From Paracoccaceae bacterium (GTDB taxonomy: Bacteria > Pseudomonadota > Alphaproteobacteria > Rhodobacterales > Rhodobacteraceae): 64,000 bases of DNA. Positions 63,518 through 64,000 of this stretch are shown in pieces. Location: positions 6,246 through 70,245 of the forward strand of contig OZ219900.1 of NCBI GenBank assembly GCA_964291635.2. The letters run 5' to 3'. Numbering within the stretch: the stretch's first letter is position 1; each line of letters starts with the position of its first letter. The notes beneath the pieces are model-generated. The model was given only the letters and a program-made list of their open reading frames with translations, did not search any database and had not been told where the DNA came from. A program made the translations under genes and the position numbers.

Positions 63518-64000
63518 TGTCTTCCCGCGCCATTTCCAGCGCCTCCAGAATGCGCGGAGGCGACATCGGGAGTTCACGAAGTCGAACGCCCGCAGCATTC
63601 GAAACAGCATTGGCGATTGCGGCCAGCGGCGGGCAGATCGACGTTTCGCCAACCCCGCGAACACCGTAGGGGTGTCCGGGATTCGGAACCTCGACAATGA
63701 CGGTGTCGATCATAGGCAAATCCGACGCGACCGGAATGCGATAGTCCAGGAATCCGGCGTTCTGAAGCCGCCCGTCCTCCCCGTAGACATACTCTTCGTT
63801 CAAGGCCCATCCAATGCCCTGTGCCGCTCCACCCTGAAACTGACCTTCGACATAGGAAGGATGAATCGCCTTGCCGGCATCCTGGACGACCGTGTAACGG
63901 ACAATCTTCGTGGCGCCGGTTTCCTTGTCGACTTCGGCGTCGACAAGATGCGTTGCGAAGCTGACGCCGGCTCCTTCGGGAGTCGCTTCGTAGTGACCGA
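63510..64000 (-). CDS. xanthine dehydrogenase/aldehyde oxidase-family molybdopterin-binding large subunit, 3' end (partial, continues beyond the window)
   Basis: ...VEGQFQGGAAQGIGWALNEEYVY...GFLDYRIPVASDLP...NPGHPYGVRGVGETSICPPLAAIANAV... is the conserved C-terminal region of Mo-hydroxylase large subunits. The frame is open to position 64000. Confidence 0.88.
   Translation of the reverse strand, partial: GHYEATPEGAGVSFATHLVDAEVDKETGATKIVRYTVVQDAGKAIHPSYVEGQFQGGAAQGIGWALNEEYVYGEDGRLQNAGFLDYRIPVASDLPMIDTVIVEVPNPGHPYGVRGVGETSICPPLAAIANAVSNAAGVRLRELPMSPPRILEALEMAREDSG

Overview
High-GC bacterial chromosomal segment whose gene content looks proteobacterial; I cannot assign a taxon without a database search. 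I saw no rRNA, tRNA or CRISPR array. Many long ORFs in the six-frame track are antisense shadows of real genes, which is typical of high-GC DNA. Content from left to right: (1) An alpha/beta hydrolase, preceded by a possible decayed carrier-protein ORF. It converges on one 10.3-kb type I polyketide synthase gene with the order KS-AT-DH-CMeT-ER-KR-ACP-KS-ATlike. (2) An NCS2 (xanthine/uracil family) permease with a C-terminal RsbW/SpoIIAB-like domain, followed by a decayed tandem copy of its 3' third. (3) BKACE, APH-type kinase, Rieske oxygenase and ACAD10/11-type acyl-CoA dehydrogenase genes, interrupted by two type II toxin-antitoxin modules (TacA/TacT-like and DUF3018/MazF-like). (4) Glycerate 2-kinase. 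(5) A hyuA/hyuB (hydantoinase/oxoprolinase family) pair inside a ribose-type ABC transporter operon, with a divergent GntR regulator and an M24 peptidase. (6) A decayed SDR, an intact SDR, an MBL-fold hydrolase, a DMT transporter and a second GntR. (7) A TnpB-only mobile element that unexpectedly has about 70-bp terminal inverted repeats and an 8-bp flanking direct repeat, next to an orphan AAA_15/21-type ATPase. (8) Inositol catabolism genes: two Gfo/Idh/MocA dehydrogenases, iolD, iolC, iolB and an iolJ-like aldolase. (9) A decayed HEPN/MNT pair, an IS1634-family IS and a secreted trypsin-like protease. (10) argG, a ParD/ParE pair with a frameshifted antitoxin, msrA, yggT, a UMF1-type MFS transporter, mepA, a MoaD/ThiS-like GG protein and the 3' end of a molybdenum hydroxylase large subunit. 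The observations I rank highest are the PKS architecture with its active-site substitutions, the permease plus anti-sigma-kinase-like fusion, and the TnpB element with DDE-style termini. All calls rest on reading the translations and motifs by eye. No searches were run.
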